Assembly: GCF_001194135.2 (NCBI RefSeq)
Contig: NC_068984.1
Coordinates: 106,577,965-106,641,964 of the forward strand
Source of the DNA: Octopus bimaculoides
Taxonomy: Eukaryota
DNA length: 64,000 nt
Reading direction: 5' to 3'
A program made the position numbers and the translations under genes. Each line of letters begins with the position of its first letter. Within the stretch, counting starts at the first letter, position 1. The notes beneath the pieces are model-generated. The model was given only the letters and a program-made list of their open reading frames with translations. It did no database searches and was not told where the DNA came from. Below, one piece after another: positions 24,219 to 36,039 of the stretch.

Positions 24219-24662
24219 TTCCTTGTCGGTTCTTGGATAAATTCCTTAGGCGAGTAGGTACTGCCTTTCCGACACACCTCGTTCATTGCTCCATGGTTTC
24301 CTTGCACTAGTTCACATCGAGAACCTCCGTATGAACCACAACATTAGTAGATGATTGTAGTGAGAAGGCTATCGTCATTGTTTTCGCTGTTGATATGTCA
24401 TTTTTGTTTTTATATTTTAGTTAGTGTTTTCAGTATTTATTATCATTTTTATTTTATTTATTTTTTTGTTGGTATTTTCCAATATTCGAAGATAAGCTGT
24501 CTTTAATTTTCGCGAAGTCACTTTCTTGAAATATATTTTCCTGTTTGAAAATGAATGGATATGGTGTGTGTAAATTTGTGTTATTAAAACTAATGTTACG
24601 ACTCTTGTGGCGACCTCCTCCTATTGTTATTTATCGTGCGAGTAAATCATTGCAAATGGCCG
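24219..24662 (-). other. Candidate exon (5' UTR plus start MNEVCRKGSTYSPKEFIQEPTR) of an unidentified gene
   Basis: Strong acceptor ttgtttctttctttcag|C at 24662, donor AA|gtaggt at 24219 and ATG at 24286; non-repetitive island. Confidence 0.3.
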
Positions 24663-24864
24663 CTGAAAGAAAGAAACAATCTAGAAATCGGTTTTGAGAA
24701 TCATTTATCAAGAACAAGTGCACTGCAGTGCGCTATCAAAATAATTCGAAACCGTTTGTCGGTAAGCAAGCCAACAACCCATTTCTGAATAGATCATCCG
24801 TTAAAAAAGTACTTTTCACTCTAGAGTTCTGACTCAGATATTCCTTTCCTCGAACATTCAGCTA

Positions 24865-25010
24865 TCCTCCTCCTCCTTCTCCTCCTCCTCCTCCTCCTCC
24901 TCCTCCTCCTCCTNNNNNNNNNNNNNNNNNNNNNNNNNNNNNNNNNNNNNNNNNNNNNNNNNNNNNNNNNNNNNNNNNNNNNNNNNNNNNNNNNNNNNNN
25001 NNNNNNNNNN

Positions 25011-25041
<31 letters not shown>

Positions 25042-25042
25042 T

Positions 25043-25098
<56 letters not shown>

Positions 25099-25100
25099 TC
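24865..25100. repeat. (CCT)n/(CTA)n/(CTG)n compound microsatellite spanning a gap
   Basis: Directly visible. Confidence 0.95.
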
Positions 25101-26145
25101 ACGTGCGGATACTGATCGTCTATATATGAAGAGAGCAAATAGAGGAAGAGAGCTGATAAGTGTGGAAGACTGCGTGCGTATCTAACTCGAGAGCTCAATG
25201 AGATACCAAGCCCAAAGTAAGGAAATCTTGCTAGTGACAGTTAAAGCAGAGAAAAAAAGTAAAAAAAAGGAAGAAGTGCAAAAAGGACATGAAGAAGAAT
25301 TACACAAGAAGGGACTACACAATCAATTCCATGCAGCCACAGCAGAAGTTAGTTACTGGAAAAAATAGGTGGGATTGGCTGATGAAAGAAACACTGAAAG
25401 AAGAGACCGAGAGCACTATACTGGCAGCGCAAGACCAAGCTTTAGCCACGAACCCTAGGAATGAGCAAGTGTCTCCGCTGTGCCGCATCTTCAATAGAGT
25501 GGATGAAACCATTGTCCATATCACAAACGAATGCCCTAGACTTGCCCAAAACCACTACAAGTTGTGGCGTCACAATCAGGTAGCGAAAGTGCTACATTGG
25601 AAGCTGTGTGAAAAGGGGGTGGGCTAGAGAGAGGCAAGTCGTGGTATGAGCACAAATCGCAGAGTGTGACGGATTCGGAGACTGGCAAAATCCACTGGGA
25701 TTTCCCAATCCAAACCCATGAGGTGATAGAGAGCATACAGACCAGACCTAGTGGTGGTGGATAAGATGCACCACATATGCTATATAGTTGATGTTGCATG
25801 CCCCTTTGACATACAAATAATCAAGAAGGTAGGCAAAAAGATAAATAAATACAACCCTCTTGCGTATGAAATAACCAGGCTATGGAAAATGAAGGTGAAG
25901 ATAGTGCCAATTATTGTTGGGTCCTTGGGAACAGTAATCATCAAGAGGAATATAAAGGAAATTGAAACAGAGCGCTCACTAGAACTGTTATTAAAACTTT
26001 TGCCTCATTGGGAAGGCTAGAATAATCAGGAAAGTATTAAATAGCTGAAAAGAATGGGTAGCATGGTACCATATGTTGCAGGTAGTAAGCTCGCTACGCA
26101 TGTAAGACTCCAGGAGCTGAAATAAAACGTGATGAAGAGAAATAA
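25100..26145 (+). mobile_element. R4-like LINE family 2, 3' part
   Basis: ADTDRLYMKRANRGRELISVEDCV, ETESTILAAQDQALATN, CRIFNRVDETIVHITNECPRLAQNHYKLWRHNQVA, RPDLVVVD and VPIIVGSLG. Confidence 0.93.
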
Positions 26146-26162
26146 TAATAAAGGTTTAAAAT

Positions 26163-26345
26163 TTTGAAGCAAGATCAGCAGGTTCGGAGTAAAGGGCTAG
26201 TCGATTATCCAAATTGCTCAAGTGGTACTTATTTTCTCGTTGTAGAAAGAATGAAAACAAGGTCAAGGTCGTCAAATTTTGAACTCATAACATAAAGAAC
26301 GACAAAATACCGCCCTGTAAGTGGTCAACAATCTAACGAATCTTA
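26163..26345 (-). mobile_element. SINE family A, decayed
   Basis: Reverse complement of the family A body (AGTCGATTA…GGTACTTATTT…GAATGAAA…TTTGAACTCA). Confidence 0.7.
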
Positions 26346-26427
26346 TGACCTTGGCGTTGTTATAATCGTAATATCCAGCAGGAGACCGCCTGGAGAGCGG
26401 TCTTTCTGCTAACAATACTAATGACTC

Positions 26428-26638
26428 TTTCTACTATAGGCACAAGGCCTGAAATTTTGATGGAAGGGATGCTATTCGGTTACGTTTAAGCCAATACTCG
26501 ACTGGTGCTTAATTGATCTACCGCGAAGGGATGAGAAGTAACGTCGACCTCGGCGGAATTTGAAAAAACATAACGCCGGAATAATCGGCTTGAAGTATTT
26601 TGTCCTGCTTACTAACAATCCTGCTAGATCGCCGCCAT
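26428..26638 (-). mobile_element. SINE family A
   Basis: CTTTCTACTATAGGCACAAGGCCTGAAATTTT…GTCGACCTCGGCGGAATTTGAA…GCTAGATCGCCGCC. Confidence 0.85.
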
Positions 26639-26654
26639 AACAGCCGACGAGAGA

Positions 26655-27245
26655 GACGAATCCCTAATGTGTATGGAATTACATGGTCAGTTCCACTGTG
26701 AAACCAACAAATTAAAAGACAGGAAGCATCATGGAGGTGGCTCAATAAATGTAACCTAAAAAAGAATACTGAAAGCCTAATCATTGCTGCCCAAGACTAG
26801 GCATTGAAAACCAACTCAGTGAAAAGATATATATATATATACCGCATAAGTGCAACGGACCTCTACAAAGCGGAAGAGCGTTGAAAGCGTGTCTCCCATT
26901 GTTAGTGCTTGTGAAAGTTTTGCCCAAAACCTCTACTGGCTACTATGCCGTAAGTATGGATATGAGGTTACAGGTGCTTTGTACCAACACACACCGGAAA
27001 AGGTAATCGAGGAAAAGAGAGGGCAAAAATCCTCTGGGACTTTGACTTCCAGACAGACAAGGTGTTAGATCACCGAAAGCCGGATATAGTAACCTTTAAG
27101 AGGGAGAAACAAGAGTGCCTAATAATAGACGTGGCAGTGCCTCCAATCGACCAAACATTGTGGGCAAGATCAAAATGTCTCAACAAAGGAATACGTAAAG
27201 CTTTCTCACTAAAAAGATCTGCAAATTGAAATCACAAAAATGTGG
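26655..27245 (+). mobile_element. RLE-LINE fragment (CCHC to RLE)
   Basis: NTESLIIAAQD*ALKTN, YQHTPEKVIE, ILWDFDFQTDKVLDHRKPDIV and CLIIDVAVP. Confidence 0.88.
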
Positions 27246-27248
27246 AAG

Positions 27249-27312
27249 CTTTCTACTAAAGGCACAAGCCCTGAAATTTTGAGGGAGTGAACAAGTCGAT
27301 TATTTCCCCACT
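27249..27312 (-). mobile_element. SINE family A 3' stub
   Basis: CTTTCTACTAAAGGCACAAGCCCTGAAATTTTGAGGG…AGTCGATTA. Confidence 0.7.
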
Positions 27313-28249
27313 AACAGGGAAATGAAGATTCGACCAGATATTGTTGTCTAGCAGTAGACGAAAAGAAATACCGCTTAACCGACGAACTGGTCATAAGGGT
27401 GGATAGTATGTTTTTTCCGAGAAATAGACGAAAACAATTATGATAAATAAGCAAATGAATAAGTAAACAATTAAATAAAAAGTGACTCTTCATATTAAGA
27501 ACTGAAAATAAACGTTCAATAATTAGGGATCTATGATATGAGAGGATTTCAGAATGGTTAAAAAAAGACAACAAAGTATCAATATATTACTCAGAACGAA
27601 TGAAACAACGGTTAAAAGTATGAAAAGAAGCATGGACATTTAGTACAAACATGAAAATGCTTGGGACAGGCACAGGGTCCTATTACTCAGCAGTCAAATT
27701 TGGGGATTTTTATAAAAGGAAACAGTTAACCACTGTGAGTTATGTAATTGAGTAAGTTACATCATCTTAAAATATATGGCATTGAGCAATTGGGTCCTAT
27801 CTTAAAAATCAATTATAATTGTTGTAACTAAAAGTCACTGTAGAAATTCAACGGTAATTTTAAAAACTATAAAATTGTTAGAAGTTTATGCAGGACCATA
27901 AAATATATAATTCCTTTGAAATCATTAGATTTTAAAGCGTTTGATGCCTAAGATAGCGTAAGATACGTAAGTAGTACTGAAGATACAGTCTCAAAAGAAA
28001 ACGCTAATATTACTGGCACTTATCATCTCTTCAATCTATTATGTACATCAAATAGAACGACATCGAAGTATAATCAATCTCTAATATTGTTCTAATACGG
28101 GATTACATTGATAAAACTTGAACAAATTATAATATATTATACTATACAATAATTTTCATGCTAGACAAAAGTATATGTGGTTGGAACTGGACCTTGTGTA
28201 CCAGTGAATGAAGTGCAGTAGACGACAATCTGAGCTGTGAAGCCACAAT

Positions 28250-28257
28250 ACACACAT

Positions 28258-28351
<94 letters not shown>
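28250..28351. repeat. (CA)n microsatellite
   Basis: Directly visible. Many further (CA)n/(TA)n/(GA)n/(TAGA)n tracts occur at 28.5-39.2, 42.8, 46-51, 56.3, 60.5 and 62.3 kb. Confidence 0.98.
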
Positions 28352-28354
<3 letters not shown>

Positions 28355-29441
28355 TACATTTCGAAAGAAAGAATTTTTGTTGTTTGATACCATTGATTCT
28401 GATACTTCAGTGGTACTTTATGTGATCGACATCGAAAGTTGATGTTAGCTGGATTTGAATTCAGAATATAAAGAGGGAAAAGAAAAACTGCAAAACCTTT
28501 TTCCTTTTTGGTAATGATTCTGCCAATTAAACTCCATTACAACTATAATTTGGATGTGACGTAGGTGGATGTGTGTGCGCGCGTGTTTGTGTGTGCGTGT
28601 GTATGTGTGTGTATGTGTGTGTATAGGTATGTATGTATATATAACTGTATCTACATATAACTGTATCTTGGTAGGTATGTGAATAATAATACACGCACTG
28701 GTTCTATTTCACGTTATTTAATATTACAATATTACAGGGAAGCAATTAACGAGTTGATTAATAAGTTAATCAAGTGTTTGAGGGATCGTTCGATCAATTA
28801 ATCAATCAGCTACCTTCGTCAGAGTTCTTTCGTCGCCATTTAGTTACGCAGCATTGACATGCTCTCTTTATTTCAGGTCTGTCGTCTGTCTCCTAGTTTT
28901 ACAGATTTCATATTTATATTTTGAGGATATGGAAGAAAGAGTGTGTGAGAAAGAGAAAGATAAAGAGAGAGGGAGAGAGAGATAAAGAGATAGAAAGACG
29001 GCGATAGATAGATAAATAGATAGGTAGATAGAAAGGGAAAGGAAGAGAGAGAAAGCGAATGAAAGAGGATGTGCGTACTTGCATGTCTCCTTGTGTGTGT
29101 AGTTAGGGATTCTGTGGGAAGTGTGAATGGTTAAAACCTTATTCATTTATTCCATGGTTAGTGTGTATTTTATAGTATGTGACATATGCACAGTGATAAC
29201 AATAACGATAGCCTCGTCACCACAACCACCAATAGCATTTCATAAATGTGTTAAGTGCACTTTTCTTTCGTTTGTCCTCTCACTCGTATACATACACACA
29301 TACTGGTCGTCTACTGGTGATCGAGGAAAACCATTACTGACCATTAAGAACATGCACATACATACATACATACATACATACATGCATAGATACATATCTA
29401 AATACATACATATATATATACACACACAAACACACAAACAT

Positions 29442-29490
<49 letters not shown>

Positions 29491-30637
29491 CACATATATA
29501 TATACATATACATATATATACACATAGGCACACATTTTTGGTTGGTTTCATTCCAAAGGAATTTCCTGTTTTTCCACATAAAACTATTGGTGGTACTGTT
29601 AATCCACGAATAAAGAATATTTATCCACCAGATATAAGTGTTGAGTACTGGGTGTGTGTGCGTTGTGTTTGCATGTATGTGTATATATATATATATATAT
29701 ACATACAAATATATATGATTTTTTTAATATTTGCATATTATTTTTAAAATAATACAAATAATATAAATGTTTGTGTCTATAACATCTTATTCTCAAATTC
29801 GTTCGATAGTTTCTCAGTCAATCGTTCAAAGAATAAAATTAATAATGCGTGTATAATAAGCTATAACTTTAGTTTTTTTTCTTCCTTAATTGAAGCGCTA
29901 CATATGTAGACTATAGCAGTGTAGTAGAATAATTATATGTCATGGCGCACTTTACACCTAGAGAATTGATCCGTTGTGCATCATGCTCCAAAATTATATA
30001 GAAAAGTTCTCAATTTGCGATATTTGTGATAAGCAATAACATCGAGTAATTCACACATAAAATGAACAGACAAATTATCGCCTAAAAGTAAGCAAAAAAA
30101 AAAGACAGAGAGAGAGAGAGACAGAGAGGGGGATAGAAAGAAAGATAGAAATGGAAAAGGAAAAGTGATACAAGTGTACAGTTTGTACACTTGTATCACT
30201 AAATTATTACTAAATACAAAATATTTATTTCGTATATAGTAATAATAGTATTAAAAATAAAATTCGAAAACGTCTGATGCATTTATGATAATTCAATTAT
30301 GTTGTTTTTTTTAAATAGGTGCAAGTTGTAGTGATTCATGCATTGTTTTTATTCACAAGTATTTCTTATGATATATAGAAAAATAAAGAAAATACAAATT
30401 TTATTAATGCAAATTTCCTAAAAGCGTAACCTATAAAAACCTTATAGATTTCCCATATATTTATAGTTCATGTAACTTGCCTTATAAACATACGTTCTCA
30501 AATTAACAAATAAAATTGCCAGAAAGCACTGATACACGTGACTGCATATTTGAACATACATATCATCGGATGACGAATCTGATCCAGTTAATTGCATCTA
30601 ACACTATTATTCTCCTTCTCTTGTTCACTGTCCATAG

Positions 30638-30749
30638 GCAAGAAAATAAATTTTCACGTGCGAACAAGGGAGAATTACGAAATCCTTCGACTTCAAGAAG
30701 ATAGCTGCTAAATCTCTCTTTCAAATCAAATCTCATCCTCTTAAACAGA
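30638..30749 (+). other. Candidate exon encoding (G)KKINFHVRTRENYEILRLQEDSC*, similar to the p53/p63 oligomerisation motif
   Basis: Acceptor ttctccttctcttgttcactgtccatag|G and donor AGA|gtaaga; VRxRENYEIL resembles VRGRENYEIL as I recall it from molluscan p53-family proteins; in-frame TAA at 30709. Confidence 0.35.
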
Positions 30750-31374
30750 GTAAGAAAAATAAAGGTTAAAAGCTAATGACTAGAATACGTTTGTTCGTAG
30801 CTAGTCTCAAGAGTTGACATGATGTGGAAAATCAATCATGTACACTTTCATCGTCAAGACATTGCGGTCGCTGTAGTTACTAAAATATACGAAGCCGCAC
30901 CCACTTCTATTGAAACATTGATCAACAAAAAAGTCATTCACTGAACTATAATTTCCTTGACAGCCCTAAAAAGACTGGATACTCATGACTAGATCACTTT
31001 AATCATAGATTTTGCTCAATCTAACTTAATAGAAGCAAAGACAAGTAACAACTTTTTCGAAATTTCAATAAGGTAAATAATATATTATTATGGTTTAGCT
31101 GTAGTTTTATTTATCATAAAATGCTTCATTGATGACTATCCCAATGTAGTCACTCCTTTTACTTTTATTTAGAACAATTGATTGCAGCTGAAGGGAAAAT
31201 CGTCTGCTATTACTTGCACCTGAACAACCACATAGAGAATTACTTGCTGGTCAAGGTATCTTCTTTAATAGTTAAATCTTAACACAGTAAACAGTTGAAA
31301 TATTGATTTAAAATTTGGGGACAAGGTCTCAATTTCGTGGGGAGGAATAAGTCAAACCCAGTGATTAACTGATA

Positions 31375-31455
31375 TTTATTTTGTCGCCTCCAAAAGACTG
31401 AAAGACTGGTGCACCAGTATGTCTGCTGTCAAATGACTGAAACAAGTAAAAGAGA
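31375..31455 (+). mobile_element. SINE family B tail fragment (family A stub on minus strand at about 31305-31350)
   Basis: CCAGTATG..GC.GTCAAATGACTGAAACAAGTAAAAGAG. Confidence 0.65.
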
Positions 31456-31561
31456 GAAGATATATATATATATCCTTCTCGATATGGACGTACTGCCAGA
31501 ACTTCCATGTCAAGCAGGACATAATGATTGCCGTATGGTATTAATACTCTTTCTGCCACAT

Positions 31562-31779
31562 GGCGGCGAACTGGCAGAAACGTTAGTACGCCGGGCGAAA
31601 TGCTTAGCGGTATTTCGTCTGTCTTTACGTTCTGAGTGCAAATTCTGCCGAAGTCGATTTTGTCTTTCATCTTTTCGGAGTCGATAAATTAAGTATCAAT
31701 TGCGTACTGGGGTTGATCTAATCGACTGGTCCATCCCCAAAAATTTCGGGCGTTGTGCCTAGACTAGAAAATAATAATG
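31562..31779 (+). mobile_element. SINE family A, full length
   Basis: GGCGGCGAACTGGCAGAAACGTTAG (A box)…GAGTGCAAATTC (B box)…GGAGTCGATAAATTAAG…GTGCCTAGACTAGAAAA. Confidence 0.92.
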
Positions 31780-31880
31780 NNNNNNNNNNNNNNNNNNNAA
31801 TTTTATACATGCTGCCTTCTCAGTTTTTTGGCGTTTCTTCTCTTATTCAAATATTTTTTAGTTCGTTATATATTGTTTGT

Positions 31881-31930
31881 GCCTGATGAATGTTTGAGAT
31901 ATTTCTCAACGTATGAAACTATTAATAATT
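31881..31930 (+). ncRNA. Candidate decayed hammerhead motif with canonical core
   Basis: CTGATGA, stem II TTGAGA/TCTCAA, GAAA and palindromic TATTAATA; stem I not evident. Confidence 0.35.
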
Positions 31931-31991
31931 CTTAAAGGACATGTATTGTATAGTTTAAAGAAATAATATATACATATATATACACACACAC

Positions 31992-32046
<55 letters not shown>

Positions 32047-32129
32047 TATATTGACTCTCTTCGTTAACCTTCGAGATGAGAGTTTCACAATTTCTTGCTG
32101 AACAAACACACAATTAATTTGTTTATAGG

Positions 32130-32338
32130 GACCAAATGTTTGTGTTGCACATAAGACCACACGTTCCATAAAAGTGACAGTGCTCGAAAATGTGCACAAA
32201 TGTGTCACACGTCGAAATGAACGCAGAACAACGTGAAATATAGTATTTTGCTCATAAAGGCACCACGCAACATCCGGGCTTGGAAGCGAACCATGATCAT
32301 ATGTGCAGCACCTTAACCAATAGGTCACGCGCCTTCAC
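32130..32338 (-). mobile_element. SINE family D with tRNA-like head, decayed
   Basis: Minus strand GAAGGCGCGTGACCTATTGGTTAAGGTG…GGTTCGCTTCC…ATGAGCAAAATACTATATTTCACGTTG. Confidence 0.7.
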
Positions 32339-32696
32339 TTCAATAGATGTCTGTGTTGTTTAATATGTAGCATTTCTTTGAAATGCTTGTCGTGATTTTA
32401 AGTAATAAGTAAATTCAGCTAACTTATGAAGCTACGCAAACTTTTTCCGTAATAATATGTGCAAATAGTCTCTATTTAATGTAAAGTTAATCAGAATGAT
32501 GCAAAAACATAATTTAGCCTCATAATTCAGTCACTATTAAGTCATACAACATCGACTCGATAATTGATTGCAGCGCAAATCGAAGTCAAATAATACCAGC
32601 GTAAACAATATTAATAATGATAAAATCATTATTTGAACAATTCACACTGAATCCAATGTATATATATATATATATATACAGATCGGTCGCTATCGG

Positions 32697-32726
32697 ACGC
32701 CGACGAAGGGAAATAACCCTGAAACC
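32697..32726 (+). ncRNA. Candidate hammerhead motif (CCGACGA core), truncated by an assembly gap
   Basis: CCGACGA-AGGG-AAATAA-CCCT-GAAA-CC, with a perfect 4-bp stem II. Confidence 0.55.
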
Positions 32727-34009
32727 NNNNNNNNNNNNNNNNNNNNNNNNNNNNNNNNNNNNNNNNNNNNNNNNNNNNNNNNNNNNNNNNNNNNNNNNNN
32801 NNNNNNNNNNNNNNNNNNNNNNNNNNNNNNNNNNNNNNNNNNNNNNNNNNNNNNNNNNNNNNNNNNNNNNNNNNNNNNNNNNNNNNNNNNNNNNNNNNNN
32901 NNNNNNNNNNNNNNNNNNNNNNNNNNNNNNNNNNNNNNNNNNNNNNNNNNNNNNNNNNNNNNNNNNNNNNNNNNNNNNNNNNNNNNNNNNNNNNNNNNNN
33001 NNNNNNNNNNNNNNNNNNNNNNNNNNNNNNNNNNNNNNNNNNNNNNNNNNNNNNNNNNNNNNNNNNNNNNNNNNNNNNNNNNNNNNNNNNNNNNNNNNNN
33101 NNNNNNNNNNNNNNNNNNNNNNNNNNNNNNNNNNNNNNNNNNNNNNNNNNNNNNNNNNNNNNNNNNNNNNNNNNNNNNNNNNNNNNNNNNNNNNNNNNNN
33201 NNNNNNNNNNNNNNNNNNNNNNNNNNNNNNNNNNNNNNNNNNNNNNNNNNNNNNNNNNNNNNNNNNNNNNNNNNNNNNNNNNNNNNNNNNNNNNNNNNNN
33301 NNNNNNNNNNNNNNNNNNNNNNNNNNNNNNNNNNNNNNNNNNNNNNNNNNNNNNNNNNNNNNNNNNNNNNNNNNNNNNNNNNNNNNNNNNNNNNNNNNNN
33401 NNNNNNNNNNNNNNNNNNNNNNNNNNNNNNNNNNNNNNNNNNNNNNNNNNNNNNNNNNNNNNNNCGTATGTTTATATAACAATAGGACCCAAGTGAAACA
33501 GGTTTACTTGCATTCGAAAGAGATGCAAAACTACAGCGTTCTCTTTGATCCGCTTAATAAAAAACTTCAACTTGAATATATAACGTTTATTGGTACACAC
33601 ACATATATGGATGTATATTTATATTATATATGTATATGATTATACGTACATATGTAAGTACATATATATATATAATATACATACATATACATATATATAT
33701 ATATGTGTGTATATATGTGTGTGTAGATGTGTGTGTAGATGTGTGTGTATGTATGCATTTCAATACGTGTATGTGTGCGCACGTAAAGGCATACATAGAT
33801 GTGCATGTGTATGGTGAGATCTTTGCGCGCATGCATGTGTGTTCATGTAAGTACGTGAGTGTGTGTGCATGCGTTGTCACGTGGATGTGTGTGCGTGCGT
33901 GTGTGTGCGTATGTGAGTGCGTGCGTGTGTGTGCGTATGTAAGTGTGTGTGTCACAGGTGAAGTTAAACCTTCGTATAGACGTATACTTGATTGAATCAA
34001 GGTTGTTCG

Positions 34010-34425
34010 CATGCGTTGCAATTTGATAAGATGCTTGCTTCCCGGTTACATGGTTCCGGGTTCAATCCCATTGCGTGGGACTTTGGGCAAGTGTCTTCTA
34101 CTATAGCCTCGGGCCGACCAAAGCCTTGTGAGTGGATTTGGTAGACGGAAACTGAAAGAAGCCCGTCGTATATATGTATATATGCATATATATGTTTGTG
34201 TGTGTATATGTTTGTGTGTCTGTGCTTGTCCCCCAACGTCGCTTGACAACCGATGCTGGTGTGTTACGTCCCCGTAACTTAGCGGTTCGGCAAAAGAGAC
34301 CGATAGCATAAGTACTAGGCTTACAAAGAATAAGTTCTGGGGTCAATTTGGTCGACTAAAGGTGGTGCTCCAGCCTGGGCGCAGTCAAATGACTGAAACA
34401 AGTATAAGAGTAAAAGAGTAAAGAG
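34010..34425 (+). mobile_element. SINE family B, full length with internal microsatellite
   Basis: B box GGTTCAATCC; TTGGGCAAGTGTCTTCTACTATAGCCTCGGGCCGACC; GACGGAAACTGAAAGAAGCCCGTCG; tail GCAGTCAAATGACTGAAACAAGT. Confidence 0.92.
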
Positions 34426-34433
34426 AGTATATA

Positions 34434-34465
<32 letters not shown>

Positions 34466-34469
<4 letters not shown>

Positions 34470-34670
34470 TGTGTGTCTTTGTGTCTGTGATTGTCCCCCT
34501 CCACGGCTTGACAACCGCTGTTGGTGTGTTTACGACCCCGTAAGACCGATGGAATAACTACAATGCGTGAAAAAGAAAATTAATCCTGGGATCGATTTGT
34601 TCGACTAAAACCTTTCAAAGTGATGCCCCAGTATGGCCGCAGTCAAATGACTAAAACAAGTAAAAGATGA
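34466..34670 (+). mobile_element. SINE family B, 3' half
   Basis: TTGACAACCG…GGGATCGATTTGTTCGACTAAA…ATGGCCGCAGTCAAATGACTAAAACAAGTAAAAG. Confidence 0.85.
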
Positions 34671-34766
34671 AAGATATACACAAACATGAGTATATGTGTA
34701 GATATTAATGTCTCTCTTGCTCTCTCTCTCTCTCTTTCTGTCTCTCTCTCTTTCTCTGTATTCGTA

Positions 34767-34845
<79 letters not shown>

Positions 34846-35344
34846 GTGTGTGTGTTTGTTTGCGTGTACATATGTTTCTGATGGTGATAGACGAGGTGTG
34901 GTTGCTATTTTTAGCAATGCAACCGACCGATTCGACTCTGTCATTGGCGGATGTATATAAACGTGTGCATGTATATACATGTCTGTGCCTGTCTGTGTGT
35001 GAGTATGTGAGCGTGTGTGAATATTTTACTATGTATGTCAGTGTCTGCGCGTACGTGGATCCGTGTGTACGTCATCGTCTGAGCGTGTGTAGCCGAAACT
35101 TGTTTGTCTGCATGTGAGCGTGTGGTGTGAATGCGTATGCGATTATGTGTGTGTGTATGTGTGTGAGTTGGTATGTGAGTGTGTGAAGGATGAACATTAC
35201 ATGCAATTTCAATATGAATGAAAGAAAATGCTCTATCTTTTCATATTTAAGCACTCACACATACGCACACACGTACACACACACACACACACACACACGA
35301 GAATACATTAACACATACAAAGCTCTTACACCAGAATGTTGCTG

Positions 35345-35389
35345 ACAGTGACTTCGAAGTTTCGGCCAACTAACCCATCGTCGGATTGT
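35345..35389 (-). ncRNA. Candidate minimal hammerhead ribozyme (CCGACGA core, GUC site) inside a 31-bp inverted repeat
   Basis: Minus strand ACAAT-CCGACGA-T-GG…CC-GAAA-CTTCGAA-GTC-ACTGT; stem III ACTTCGAAGT is a perfect palindrome. Confidence 0.55.
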
Positions 35390-35554
35390 GACAGCTGAAA
35401 CTTAGAAGTCACTATCAACAACATCTTTAAGAATTATAAATTTGTACTCTACAGAAGTACAGATTAACGCAGATTAATGTAAAATTGCTTTTAATATAAC
35501 TGAACATAAATGAAAACATTAATATATATACATATAGGTTCAGCCCCACTTCGT

Positions 35555-35613
35555 TGAACCTTGTGAATGGATTTGATAGACGGAAACTGAAAGAAGCTCG
35601 TCGTATATAAATC

Positions 35614-35649
<36 letters not shown>

Positions 35650-35860
35650 GATGTGTGTGTGTTTGTATTTTTGTGTCTGTGTTTGTCTCCCCATCACCAA
35701 TTGACAACCAGTGTCGATATGCTTGCGTCGTCGTACAATAGCAGTTCGGCAAAACGGACTGACAGAATAAGCGCCAGACTTAGAAAATAAGGTTGATTCA
35801 TTCAACTGTAATTTTCAAAGCGGTACCTCGGCATGGCCGCAGCCTAATGAATGAAACAAA
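35555..35860 (+). mobile_element. SINE family B, 5'-truncated
   Basis: CCTTGTGAATGGATTTGATAGACGGAAACTGAAAGAAGC…GCATGGCCGCAG. Confidence 0.82.
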
Positions 35861-35916
35861 AAAAAAAAAAAAGATATATATATGTGTGTGTGTGTATATA
35901 TAAGTATGTATGCATG

Positions 35917-35967
<51 letters not shown>

Positions 35968-35982
35968 ATACACACACACACA

Positions 35983-36039
<57 letters not shown>

